DNA of 64,000 nucleotides from an uncultured virus (IMG/VR IMGVR_UViG_3300043774_000645) (IMGVR_UViG_3300043774_000645); one strand, 5' to 3'; positions 1-9,314 are shown, counted from the first letter of the stretch. Program-made: numbers and translations. Notes: generated by a model from the sequence alone, not told the origin.

Positions 1-1
1 A

Positions 2-805
2 TCTAACAGTTTGCCATGTAATAGTGCATTGGCATTTTTTATGTATGATCAAGAACCTATGATGCATACTGAGTCTATTGCAATGAATTACGGTTGGTCT
101 TGGAGAATTCCTCTACAGCATAGATTTGGATGTGGTTATGTTTATGATTCAAAACATATTACCAAAGAAGAAGCAATAGAAGAGGTTAAAGAAAAGTTTG
201 GAAATAACATAGAAATAGTTAATCATTTTAGCTTTAATCCTGGTTACTACAAAACTCCATTAGTTAAAAATTGCCTATCTATTGGGCTGGCATCTTCATT
301 TTTTGAACCACTTGAAGCAACTTCAATTCACACCTCAATACTAATGTGTAATAGATTTATTAATGTTTATGCTGACGAATACTTTAAAGATAAAGATAAA
401 GATATTGCAGACAAGTATAACAAAGCGATATCTAGTTTTAATGAAGATATAGTATCATTTTTGTATTTTCATTATATGACAAATAAAGAAAACACGGACT
501 TTTGGAAGAATTTTACAACTAATAATATTGTTCCCAAAAAAACTAAAGACTATCTAGACAAAATAAATAATAATTTTTTTACTACACCATTTATTGATAA
601 TAATAGATTTAGAATGTTTAATGTAACAAGTTGGATGACCGTATATTTTGGAAATGAGCTAAATAAAAACAATGATCTTAGTCTTTGTTTGAATGATTTG
701 TCTAAAGAAAAATATCAAACAAGGATAAAAGAAATAAAAGAAAGCAAAATTCCAATGTCAATGAATGAATACTTATACTATATAAAAACAAGAAATAAAG
801 TATAG
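2..805 (+). CDS. Flavin-dependent (tryptophan halogenase family) enzyme, 5' truncated by window edge
   Basis: WSWRIP (WxWxIP) motif, GCGYVY, SSFFEPLEATSI; frame open to window start. Confidence 0.85.
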   Translation, partial: SNSLPCNSALAFFMYDQEPMMHTESIAMNYGWSWRIPLQHRFGCGYVYDSKHITKEEAIEEVKEKFGNNIEIVNHFSFNPGYYKTPLVKNCLSIGLASSFFEPLEATSIHTSILMCNRFINVYADEYFKDKDKDIADKYNKAISSFNEDIVSFLYFHYMTNKENTDFWKNFTTNNIVPKKTKDYLDKINNNFFTTPFIDNNRFRMFNVTSWMTVYFGNELNKNNDLSLCLNDLSKEKYQTRIKEIKESKIPMSMNEYLYYIKTRNKV

Positions 806-819
806 TTATTGTTTTTGAA

Positions 820-848
820 TTGACTTTGATCATTCTGTGTAGTACAAT
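820..848 (+). promoter_or_regulatory. SigA/sigma70-type promoter, leaderless for ORF 855
   Basis: TTGACT-17 nt-TACAAT, then 6 nt to ATG at 855. Confidence 0.75.
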
Positions 849-854
849 AGATAT

Positions 855-1133
855 ATGATTAAACCTAAACACGAAATGTCCTATGGGCAACCAGTATGGG
901 ATATTTATGCTTGCGAAATATGTGGTTGCTTACTACTTCCAAGCACTGCAAAGTTACATGAAAAATTTCACGATGAAGAACCAATAACAAAAATAAAAAA
1001 TAAAATACAAACCATAAAAAAAGAATGTCCAAAATGCAAAAAAACTATTACTTTGCCATTAGATTCAGATGGTGCTATGATTTTAGATGATTACGATGAC
1101 CATATGGATTTTCATGAAGAAAGTGAGAGATAA
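855..1133 (+). CDS. Hypothetical protein with two CxxC...H/C zinc-binding motifs
   Basis: CEICG...HEKFH and CPKC...HMDFH. Confidence 0.6.
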   Translation: MIKPKHEMSYGQPVWDIYACEICGCLLLPSTAKLHEKFHDEEPITKIKNKIQTIKKECPKCKKTITLPLDSDGAMILDDYDDHMDFHEESER

Positions 1134-1363
1134 TGTCTGATTGGACTGAAGAACTAACAGAAGAACAAAAAAGCAACATAATGGATCTTGTTATTACTAC
1201 GGTTAAAGAAATTAGACATCAAATTGATCAAGATATTTTATTTACCCAGCAAATTTGGGAACGCAAAGGGTTTTTAAAAAGTCGTAGAACTAGAAAAGCT
1301 TTTGATGCTTGTCGCTCAATAGTTCAGGGTAAAAATGAAATATTCAATGATACAAATGATTAA
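1133..1363 (+). CDS. Hypothetical protein
   Basis: ORF coupled (TAATG) to upstream gene. Confidence 0.6.
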   Translation: MSDWTEELTEEQKSNIMDLVITTVKEIRHQIDQDILFTQQIWERKGFLKSRRTRKAFDACRSIVQGKNEIFNDTND

Positions 1364-1499
1364 AAATATTATATTAAAGATAAAACAAAATATATGCAAA
1401 CATAATTCAAAAAAAACAAGTGCATCGTGCCCATATACTAGAAAAACATATACATACTGTTTAAGTTGTCTTAAACAAATAAGTGTAACTGATTCATAA
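1356..1499 (+). CDS. Small Cys-rich hypothetical protein (47 aa, not in ORF track)
   Basis: MIKNIILKIKQNICKH...CPYT...CLSC; overlaps upstream stop and fills the gap to the tRNAs. Confidence 0.5.
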   Translation: MIKNIILKIKQNICKHNSKKTSASCPYTRKTYTYCLSCLKQISVTDS

Positions 1500-1504
1500 A
1501 ACTA

Positions 1505-1578
1505 ACACCAGTAGCTTAGTTGGTTAAAGCCCCGAACTCATAATTCGGTAATCGTGGGTTCAAGTCCTACCTGGTGTA
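1505..1578 (+). tRNA. tRNA anticodon CAT (elongator Met or Ile2)
   Basis: Acceptor ACACCAG/CTGGTGT, anticodon arm CCGAA-CTCATAA-TTCGG, T arm GTGGG-TTCAAGT-CCTAC; no encoded CCA. Confidence 0.9.
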
Positions 1579-1596
1579 CTATATAACTAAACATAT

Positions 1597-1669
1597 TGGT
1601 CTGTAGCTCAGTTGGTAGAGCGCCGAACTGTTAATTCGGATGTCGCAGGATCGTAGCCTGCCAGACCAG
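1597..1669 (+). tRNA. tRNA-Asn(GTT)
   Basis: Acceptor TGGTCTG/CAGACCA, D arm GCTC/GAGC, anticodon arm CCGAA-CTGTTAA-TTCGG, G73; atypical T loop ATCGTAG. Confidence 0.88.
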
Positions 1670-1673
1670 CTAA

Positions 1674-1746
1674 ACCTTTATAGCTCAGGGGATAGAGCGA
1701 CGGACTTCTAATCCGCAGGTCGTAGGTTCAAATCCTACTAAGGGTA
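1674..1746 (+). tRNA. tRNA-Arg(TCT)
   Basis: Acceptor ACCTTTA/TAAGGGT, anticodon loop CTTCTAA, T arm GTAGG-TTCAAAT-CCTAC. Confidence 0.9.
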
Positions 1747-1747
1747 C

Positions 1748-2800
1748 TTAGTTATATTTTCCACCACGGCGTTTGTATTCTTGAACAACCCATCCGTTTG
1801 CATATGCTGAAGGATAAACTTTAAATTTCTTTTTTGCTTCTGAAACTACTCTTGCATATAACTCTTTGTCTGCAGGCTTTCCTTTTCTATTTCCAATGAC
1901 TCCACTAAAATCTTCTTTTTTAGATAAGTTAAATATTTCTGTAAGAGTTTCTGCTCCAGGTATAAATTTTCCAAAGTTAGCAAACAATACTTTGTCTCTT
2001 TCACGATTAGCAATTCCTCTTGACCATGAGTATCCTGCGTCTCCACCCCATGCAAGCCACATGATGTATCCATTAGATGGGTTAGCATTGTTGCCCCAGT
2101 CTTTACCTTTTTTGTCTACTTCGTGTCTAGAAAAATATGAATACATTCTTTTAACTGTGCTAAGAGAAATTGTTTCTCCTCTTGCTAACTGACCTGCACG
2201 AGTCCAACCAACTTGTGTTCCAGCTCCAGTTGCCTTACCATCTTCTTTAAATTTAATTGCTCTACGAGCAGCAGATCTTGCTCCTGCTGGAGGAGAGTAT
2301 CCCTCTGCTTTTGACACTTCATCTGTATCGTATTCAACATTATCATCATCTTCAAATAAATCATCTGCTTTTGCAGCAGGTACGCAATTAGGAACTGGTT
2401 TGCCATTTGCTCCTGGCTTCATTCCTCTTTGAACATATCCATCCCAGCAAGGTGCTTGTTTAGAAATATCTTCTGAACAACACTCTGACTTACCAATTGA
2501 TGCATCATACATTGCCATTTCTTTTTCTGAATCCATTTGATGTCCCTCTAATGTTTCTAGCTTTGTAGCATCTAAATACATCATTCCTATGCTGTAGGCT
2601 GTTTCTTCCCATTCACCATCTTCTTCTTCATAAATCCTAACAGACATTGCTGGATTATCTGGTGGCATTGAGACTAAGGAATATTCTGATCCAGGGGTTC
2701 CAAGTATTCCACCCTCTATCATAATATGCTCTACTCTGCCATGGACCATTCCTTCTTTGGTCATGCCCATAACAAAATTACCCTCTTTTATCTCTATCAT
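1748..2800 (-). CDS. Modular phage protein, possible internal head protein
   Basis: Several small modules (PCWDGYVQRGMK; GWTRAGQLARGE...WLAWGGDAG; YPSAYANGWVVQEYKRRGG) joined by acidic linkers. Confidence 0.6.
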   Translation of the reverse strand: MIEIKEGNFVMGMTKEGMVHGRVEHIMIEGGILGTPGSEYSLVSMPPDNPAMSVRIYEEEDGEWEETAYSIGMMYLDATKLETLEGHQMDSEKEMAMYDASIGKSECCSEDISKQAPCWDGYVQRGMKPGANGKPVPNCVPAAKADDLFEDDDNVEYDTDEVSKAEGYSPPAGARSAARRAIKFKEDGKATGAGTQVGWTRAGQLARGETISLSTVKRMYSYFSRHEVDKKGKDWGNNANPSNGYIMWLAWGGDAGYSWSRGIANRERDKVLFANFGKFIPGAETLTEIFNLSKKEDFSGVIGNRKGKPADKELYARVVSEAKKKFKVYPSAYANGWVVQEYKRRGGKYN

Positions 2801-2806
2801 ATAATC

Positions 2807-2815
2807 ATTATATCA
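2807..2815 (-). promoter_or_regulatory. Extended -10 promoter (TGATATAAT), leaderless
   Basis: TGA-TATAAT 6 nt before ATG 2800; no SD. Confidence 0.65.
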
Positions 2816-2872
2816 GATTTTAGATGATACACATTATTTATAATAAATTAAACAATGCTTTTTGGGCTGTCA

Positions 2873-2881
2873 TGCTATAAT
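2873..2881 (+). promoter_or_regulatory. Extended -10 promoter of glycosylation operon
   Basis: TGCTATAAT upstream of SD-like AAGGGG and GTG 2911. Confidence 0.65.
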
Positions 2882-2910
2882 TGTTTTACGTTTAAAATAA
2901 AGGGGTTTGT

Positions 2911-3870
2911 GTGGCTAATATTGTTTTTTTAGGTAATTTTGAAGTTGAATATAGCAGTGAGAATCATCATGTTAAGTCTTTGGAGTCTCTTGGGCATACC
3001 GTTAAAAAATTACAAGAAAAAAAAGCAACTAGCGAAGAAATTCTAGATAAAGCATTAACCTCTGACCTATTTATATGGGTACACACACACAAATGGCAAA
3101 CTCCAGGAAATCTATCAATGATAGATGTCTTAAAACAACTAAAAGCTGTAAATAAAATAACAATGACTTATCACCTTGACTTGTGGTTTGGCATTGAACG
3201 TGAAAAAGATTTAAAGGGTGATGATTTCTATACAAACATAAGTCATTTCTTTGCTACAGATAAGTTAATGTGTAACTGGTTTAATGAAAACACAAGCGTT
3301 AAGGGACACTTCTTGCCTGCTGGAGTTTATGATAAAGAATGCTATGTGCATTCAGATTATGATATAAATAACTTTGAGCATGACATAATTTTTGTTGGTA
3401 GCAAAGGATATCATCCTGAACACAAATACCGTCCACAGCTAATAAACTTTTTACGAAAAACATACGGTAAAAGATTTCTTCATGTAGGTGGCGATGGAGA
3501 TACTGGAACAATTCGTGGTGATGCACTTAATCGTATATATGCAAAAAGCAAGGTAGCAATAGGTGATAGTCTCAATATTAACTTTAACTATCCATACTAT
3601 ACTAGTGACAGATTATTTGAAAGTACTGGTCGTGGTGGTTTTACTATCTATCCTAGGATTAAAGGACTTGAGGAATACTTTAAAGATGGAGAAGAAATTG
3701 TGTTCTATGAGCATGGAAACTTAGAAGATTTAAAAACAAAAATAGATAAATATATTTTAGATGGTATATCAAGAGAAAGTATTAGAACTGCAGGGCATGA
3801 AAGAACTAAAAAAGAGCATACATATGTACATAGGTGGGCAACAATACTAGAAACATTAAATATACAATGA
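2911..3870 (+). CDS. Glycosyltransferase, GT-B fold (CgeB-like)
   Basis: DIIFVGS...R, SDRLFESTGRGGF, GEEIVFY, GHERTKKEHTYVHR C-terminal pattern. Confidence 0.8.
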   Translation: MANIVFLGNFEVEYSSENHHVKSLESLGHTVKKLQEKKATSEEILDKALTSDLFIWVHTHKWQTPGNLSMIDVLKQLKAVNKITMTYHLDLWFGIEREKDLKGDDFYTNISHFFATDKLMCNWFNENTSVKGHFLPAGVYDKECYVHSDYDINNFEHDIIFVGSKGYHPEHKYRPQLINFLRKTYGKRFLHVGGDGDTGTIRGDALNRIYAKSKVAIGDSLNINFNYPYYTSDRLFESTGRGGFTIYPRIKGLEEYFKDGEEIVFYEHGNLEDLKTKIDKYILDGISRESIRTAGHERTKKEHTYVHRWATILETLNIQ

Positions 3871-4754
3871 AGTATTTAGTAACTGGTGGTGCTGGGTTTA
3901 TTGGTTCAAACCTTGTTGATGAGCTAATTAGCCTTGGTCATGACGTTGTTTGTGTTGATGATGAATCCGCAGAGTGTCATGAACAATTTTATTGGAATGA
4001 TAAAGCACAAAACTATAAATATGATATTTGCGATTATGATTTAATTGCCTCACTATTTAAAAACATTGACTGTGTGTTTCACGTTGCATCTGATGCAAGA
4101 ATACAGCCAGCAATACTAAATCCTAAAAAATCTATTCAGTCAAATGCACTAGGAACAGCCAACGTCCTTGAACTTTGTAGGGTTAATAACGTAAAAAGAT
4201 TTATATATTCAAGCACATCCTCTGCTTATGGCAAGAAGGCAATACTTCCAAACATAGAAACACAACCGTCTGACCCACTAACACCATACTCTGCTGCTAA
4301 AGTTTTTGGTGAAAACCTTGCGAGAGTTTATTGTAATCTTTATGGTCTTGAGACTATATCGCTTAGATACTTTAATGTTTATGGAGATAGGCAGCCACTA
4401 AAAGGTCAATATGCACCAGTAATAGGACTATTTTTAAAACAATCTCGTGAAAAAAAACCTTTGACAGTTGTTGGAGATGGATCTCAGCGCAGAGACTTTA
4501 CACATATATCTGATGTAGTGCAGGCAAACATTCTTGCATCTGAGGTTGAAAATGGATTTGGTGAAGTATATAACATTGGGTATGGAAGTAACTACGCTAT
4601 ACTTGATATTGCTAATATAATTTCAAATGATATTAAGTTTATACCGTCAAGAATTGGTGAAGTGCAAGAAACTCTTGCATCTAATACTAAGTTTAAAAAT
4701 CTAACTGGTTGGACTCCAAAAATATCTTTAATGGATTGGATACAAAATGACTGA
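3867..4754 (+). CDS. NAD-dependent nucleotide-sugar epimerase/dehydratase (extended SDR)
   Basis: LVTGGAGFIGS, YSSTSSAYG, PYSAAK (YxxxK), LRYFNVYG, GDGSQRRDF; ATG overlaps upstream TGA. Confidence 0.92.
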   Translation: MKYLVTGGAGFIGSNLVDELISLGHDVVCVDDESAECHEQFYWNDKAQNYKYDICDYDLIASLFKNIDCVFHVASDARIQPAILNPKKSIQSNALGTANVLELCRVNNVKRFIYSSTSSAYGKKAILPNIETQPSDPLTPYSAAKVFGENLARVYCNLYGLETISLRYFNVYGDRQPLKGQYAPVIGLFLKQSREKKPLTVVGDGSQRRDFTHISDVVQANILASEVENGFGEVYNIGYGSNYAILDIANIISNDIKFIPSRIGEVQETLASNTKFKNLTGWTPKISLMDWIQND

Positions 4755-5460
4755 AATGATTAAGGCTATTGTTAACGGGGAATTTGAAATAACATTACCA
4801 AAACATCGTGCAAATAGACCAGACTGGTATAAACCACATGGTTGGGAAAAACCAAGATTAAAACATATGTCAGAAAATATTTCATCTGGAGATGTTGTGT
4901 ATTATGTTGGTGCAGAAGAAGGGGAAATGCCTGCTCTATGTCAAATGTGGGGTGCAGAAGTTGTTTTATTTGAACCCAATCCAAAAGTATGGTCACACTT
5001 TCCATTACTTTGGAGCGCAAATAATTTAGAACTACCATTAATTTGTATCCCTGGATTTGCATCTGACAAGATAAATAATCTTTCAAGAATATATTATAAT
5101 GAGTGGCCACCAGAAGTTAATGCTGAAATTGAAGCAGCACATGGATTTAAAGAGTTATATCTTGAAGGAGATACGTATGGTCAAATTACTATAGACTCTT
5201 GTGTGTATGATCATAATATTAAGGCACCTACGGCTATTTCCTTAGACGTAGAAGGCAGTGAATGGAGGGTCCTAGGAGGAGCTGAAAAGGTACTTAAAGA
5301 ACATAAACCAAAGATTTGGTTATCTGGACACCCTGAGTTTATGTTACAGCAATGGGATGAATCTTTGTATAACCTTAGACAATGGATAAAAGAATTAGGA
5401 TACAAAGAATTGATATTAGACTATCAGCATGAGGTACATTTATTTTATGAATCAATCTAA
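4747..5460 (+). CDS. FkbM-family methyltransferase
   Basis: YYVGAEEG, LFEPNP, ITIDS, SLDVEGSEWRVLGGA. Confidence 0.85.
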   Translation: MTEMIKAIVNGEFEITLPKHRANRPDWYKPHGWEKPRLKHMSENISSGDVVYYVGAEEGEMPALCQMWGAEVVLFEPNPKVWSHFPLLWSANNLELPLICIPGFASDKINNLSRIYYNEWPPEVNAEIEAAHGFKELYLEGDTYGQITIDSCVYDHNIKAPTAISLDVEGSEWRVLGGAEKVLKEHKPKIWLSGHPEFMLQQWDESLYNLRQWIKELGYKELILDYQHEVHLFYESI

Positions 5461-5995
5461 ACAATTTTGGGATAACGCTGCCAAGGATCCAGAAGTAAGA
5501 TATAAGTATATTGCAGATGAGTGGGCATCTACTGAAACATTTTTGGATATTATAAAAAACAATAATAATGACTGGAACAATGTTCTAGAAATTGGTTGTG
5601 GAGTAGGTAGACTGTTAGTTCCTTTTGCAGACATGTATAAAGAGTGTAATTTTTATGGAATAGACATATCCGATGAAATGATAAACCTTGCACCTAAAAG
5701 AGATAATATAAAGTATCAAGAACTTACAGACAACCTTGACCTTGTATACTCAATGCTAGTCTTTCAACATATTGAGCACCAAGAAAAAATTAACTATATA
5801 AAACTTGCTTATGAAAAATTAAAAATTGGTGGTAACTTATTTTTTCAGTTTGTTGTTGGTGAAGAAAATTCTCCATACTCCTATCAAACATCAAGGTTTG
5901 AGATTGATAGAATATTAAGTCATGCTGGATTTAAAAACTTAATCTTTACAGATCATATGCATCCTGAATGGATGTTTGTTAGGGCTACAAAATGA
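5447..5995 (+). CDS. Class I SAM-dependent methyltransferase
   Basis: VLEIGCGVGR, GIDISDEM, DLVYSMLVFQHI, LKIGG. Confidence 0.88.
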   Translation: MNQSKQFWDNAAKDPEVRYKYIADEWASTETFLDIIKNNNNDWNNVLEIGCGVGRLLVPFADMYKECNFYGIDISDEMINLAPKRDNIKYQELTDNLDLVYSMLVFQHIEHQEKINYIKLAYEKLKIGGNLFFQFVVGEENSPYSYQTSRFEIDRILSHAGFKNLIFTDHMHPEWMFVRATK

Positions 5996-6840
5996 TTAAT
6001 GCATACATATATTCTATTAATCCACTTGATGCTGCAGATGGCAAATGGGATTATGGACTACTAAAAGAAACATTTGAAAAAAATAATATTAATCAGTTAG
6101 TTGTAAAAAAAATACCAAAAACAGATCGTGGCTTTGTTGTTATCCCTGGACAAGGAAATGCTGGTAAAGAAAAAGCAATATCAAATCAATTAAAAAACCT
6201 TAATAGAGTTGTTTTGTTTATAACTGGTGATGAGGGAGCTCATTTTGATGTAGATAAGATATCTCATCCAAATATTTCTATTTGGGTTCAATACCCACAT
6301 CAAAAACATGAAAAATATAATAAATTTTTTATTGGTGTGCCACAACACTTAGAGTCTAACTTGCCTGACTATCCCGTTAAAGAATATGATATTTATTTTG
6401 GTGGACAGATAACTCATCAACGTAGACAGCAGTTATCGGAAATAATGCCAAACCTTCAAAATTCTCTATATAAGCCCACAGAAGGATTTGCACAAGGGGA
6501 AAAACCTAAAGACTACTATAAAACACTTTCAAAAACTAAGATTGCTCCAGCTCCTGCTGGTGCCCAAGTTATAGATACTTTTAGATTTTTTGAGGCTATT
6601 GAAATGTTGGCTTTGCCTATTGGTGATCTTATTGACTCTAAAGGTGAAATGATTGATTATTTTAATTATGTTTACCCTGCGGGAATTCCAATTGAAAAAG
6701 TTAAAAACTGGAAAGAACTAAAAAAAATGCTTCCAAGTCTTATTAATAACTACCCAAACAATATGCATCAGGTAGTGTGCTGGTGGATTAAGTATAAAAG
6801 AGATTTTTCCATTAACATAATGAGGGATCTACATGAATAA
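5992..6840 (+). CDS. Exostosin-like (GT47-like) glycosyltransferase
   Basis: YDIYFGG, YYKTLSKTKIAPAPAG, TFRFFEAIEMLALP. Confidence 0.65.
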   Translation: MINAYIYSINPLDAADGKWDYGLLKETFEKNNINQLVVKKIPKTDRGFVVIPGQGNAGKEKAISNQLKNLNRVVLFITGDEGAHFDVDKISHPNISIWVQYPHQKHEKYNKFFIGVPQHLESNLPDYPVKEYDIYFGGQITHQRRQQLSEIMPNLQNSLYKPTEGFAQGEKPKDYYKTLSKTKIAPAPAGAQVIDTFRFFEAIEMLALPIGDLIDSKGEMIDYFNYVYPAGIPIEKVKNWKELKKMLPSLINNYPNNMHQVVCWWIKYKRDFSINIMRDLHE

Positions 6841-7594
6841 AAATGATGTAACTATTGTTGTTGTTACTTCTGTTTTGCCAAGTCACCCAGGTACAGAAAT
6901 TATTGATGAAACAATGTCTACTATAAGGGAACACTTTCCTAATAATGAAATTATATTACAAATAGATGGTTTACGTAAAGAGCGCTTACACCGTAAAGCA
7001 GATTATGATGAATATAAAAATAGAGTTTTATGGAAATGTTTACATGAATGGAAAAATGTATTACCTATAATTTTTGATGAACATAGTCATCAAACCACAA
7101 TGATGAAAGAAACTATTGGACTTATTAATACTGCAGTTATGCTTTATGTTGAAGGAGATGCCCCGTTAACTCCAGATTGTAAAATTGATTGGCAAGAATG
7201 TTTAGATATGTTAGAGCATGAAAAAGCAAACACAATTCGTTTTCATTTTGAGTCATCAATACCAGAACCACACAAACACTTAATGTTTGGTCTTGAGGAT
7301 AATTTTATTAAAACTGTTCAATGGAGTCAACGTCCACACCTAAGCACAGTTAAGTATTACAGGGATGTTGTTCTTCCTTTTTCTGAAGAAAAAACATTTA
7401 TTGAAGATAGGTTTCATGGGAAAGTCCAAGATGACAGTTTTCCATATGAAACTTTTAGTCAAGAAGGTTGGGACATTCATAAACTTTGGATATATCATCC
7501 AGAAGGAAGCATTAAACGCTCTTATCATTTAGATGGTCGTGATGGTACACAAAAATTTACACAAGATGATAATACTTGGGGATATAAAGAATGA
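6833..7594 (+). CDS. Putative GT-A fold glycosyltransferase
   Basis: VTIVVVTS start, IILQIDG, LYVEGD (DxD-like), late HLDGR; operon context. Confidence 0.55.
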   Translation: MNKNDVTIVVVTSVLPSHPGTEIIDETMSTIREHFPNNEIILQIDGLRKERLHRKADYDEYKNRVLWKCLHEWKNVLPIIFDEHSHQTTMMKETIGLINTAVMLYVEGDAPLTPDCKIDWQECLDMLEHEKANTIRFHFESSIPEPHKHLMFGLEDNFIKTVQWSQRPHLSTVKYYRDVVLPFSEEKTFIEDRFHGKVQDDSFPYETFSQEGWDIHKLWIYHPEGSIKRSYHLDGRDGTQKFTQDDNTWGYKE

Positions 7595-8622
7595 GACTTG
7601 GCATAATTGCAAGATCAGACAATACTGGCCTTGGTAATCAAACAAAAGAACTTGTAGACATGCTTAATCCAGCAAAGATCATGCTTATTAATTCCGCTCC
7701 TTTTAATAGAAATAAACAACACCCAGAGTGGTATGAAAAATATGAATGTCAACATGTTAGTGGTTTTCCAAAAAACTTTGAAGTAGAGATGTTTTTAAAC
7801 GGATTAGATGTTGTATTAACCTGTGAAACATTTTACAATAAACATTTTATTGCTTTAGCAAAAAGAAAAAGAGTTAAAACAATTCTTCAGTACAATTATG
7901 AATTTTTAGATAATTTAGAAAACCCAGACCTTGCATTGCCAGATGTTTTAGTTGCACCAAGCTTATGGAATTTTGAAGACATAGTAAATAAATTTGGTAA
8001 TATAAGTAAAGTAATACACATTCCACCTCCAACCAATATAGATTTATTTTCTAATGCAAGAAATATTAATTTAAGTAAAACACATAAAAAAATACTTCAT
8101 GTTGGTGGAAAAGCTGCTGCAAAAGATAGGAACGGAACAAACACAGTAATTCAAATGCTTAAATATTCCAAGGCTAACTATGAACTTGTTATTAAAAGTC
8201 AAACTCCTTTAGAAATACAGTGTAATGATCCAAGACTTACCATTGACACTTCTAGCCCAGATACACGTGAAAGCCTCTATGAGGGCTATGACGCAATGGT
8301 ACTGCCAAGAAGGTATGGTGGACTGTGTTTACCCATGAATGAGGCTCTATTAAGCTCTCTACCCGTTTTTATGACCAACATATCTCCAAACAATAAGATA
8401 CTTCCATTAGAATGGCTTGCAGACACTGTTAAGGTTGATAGACTAATGACTCGTACTATGCTTAATGTATATGAAGCTAATCCTAAAATGCTTGCTAGGA
8501 TGATTGATGATTATTATGATAGCGATATTTTTGTTAATAAAAATAAGGCTTTTGAAATAGGAGTAAATAATTTTTCTCAAGAAAAACTACATGGAACATA
8601 TAAAGATCTATTAAAGTTTTAG
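7591..8622 (+). CDS. Glycosyltransferase family 4 (GT-B)
   Basis: YDAMVLPRRYGGLCLPMNEALLSSLPV resembles the GT4 nucleotide-sugar binding region. Confidence 0.8.
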   Translation: MRLGIIARSDNTGLGNQTKELVDMLNPAKIMLINSAPFNRNKQHPEWYEKYECQHVSGFPKNFEVEMFLNGLDVVLTCETFYNKHFIALAKRKRVKTILQYNYEFLDNLENPDLALPDVLVAPSLWNFEDIVNKFGNISKVIHIPPPTNIDLFSNARNINLSKTHKKILHVGGKAAAKDRNGTNTVIQMLKYSKANYELVIKSQTPLEIQCNDPRLTIDTSSPDTRESLYEGYDAMVLPRRYGGLCLPMNEALLSSLPVFMTNISPNNKILPLEWLADTVKVDRLMTRTMLNVYEANPKMLARMIDDYYDSDIFVNKNKAFEIGVNNFSQEKLHGTYKDLLKF

Positions 8623-9297
8623 TCCTAAATCTCTAGATATTGGAATAATAAATTTATCAGAAAACTCCTGCTTAAGGTTTCCTAACGTCATAAAGGTTGC
8701 TTTTCTGTCTAATATAAACCTAATGTCTGTTTTAAGTTCTTGAATTTTAAGGTCTGTAAATGTTAATATATAAAAAGATAGCCATAGATCATCAATAATC
8801 CAATATTCTTCTGGACAATCAAAAAAATCATCATTAAGAAACAAACTAGAATGACATATTAATCCGCCAGTTCCTGCATAGTTTCCACATTCATTTTTTT
8901 CTAATTTAATTTTTTTTCTATAAAGATACTCAACCATGTGTGCCCAAAATGTTTTAACAGAATTAGGATCATACTGATCATGACATTCTTGTATAAATGT
9001 ATCTGGAATTATCTCATCATCATCAATAAATATTATTTTCTCATATCCTGATTCCGCTAAGTCTCTTGCCAGAATAAATCTACCAAATTGTTTAAACTCA
9101 TTACCATAGTTATGTACAGTTATTTTTGTTGTATTAGAATATTTATTTAAATAGCCCAGCAATTTTTCATTTCTATTTGAATTATCAACTATAAAAAAAT
9201 CAAAGTCTTTATTTGTTTGTCTTTCTATGCAGCCTAAAGTAGTTTTAAGGTTTTCAAACCTTACATAAGTGCACATTATAAGAGCTGTTTTTGACAT
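8611..9297 (-). CDS. Glycosyltransferase family 2
   Basis: LIMCTYVR, IVDNS, IIFIDDD, IDDLWLS. Confidence 0.85.
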   Translation of the reverse strand: MSKTALIMCTYVRFENLKTTLGCIERQTNKDFDFFIVDNSNRNEKLLGYLNKYSNTTKITVHNYGNEFKQFGRFILARDLAESGYEKIIFIDDDEIIPDTFIQECHDQYDPNSVKTFWAHMVEYLYRKKIKLEKNECGNYAGTGGLICHSSLFLNDDFFDCPEEYWIIDDLWLSFYILTFTDLKIQELKTDIRFILDRKATFMTLGNLKQEFSDKFIIPISRDLGLKL

Positions 9298-9314
9298 ATA
9301 TTTTAATTATAGCA

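Noticed and set aside
4747..5995. Methyltransferases as DNA methylases
   Set aside because: No DPPY/NPPY or PCQ catalytic motifs; sequence and context fit small-molecule or sugar methyltransferases.
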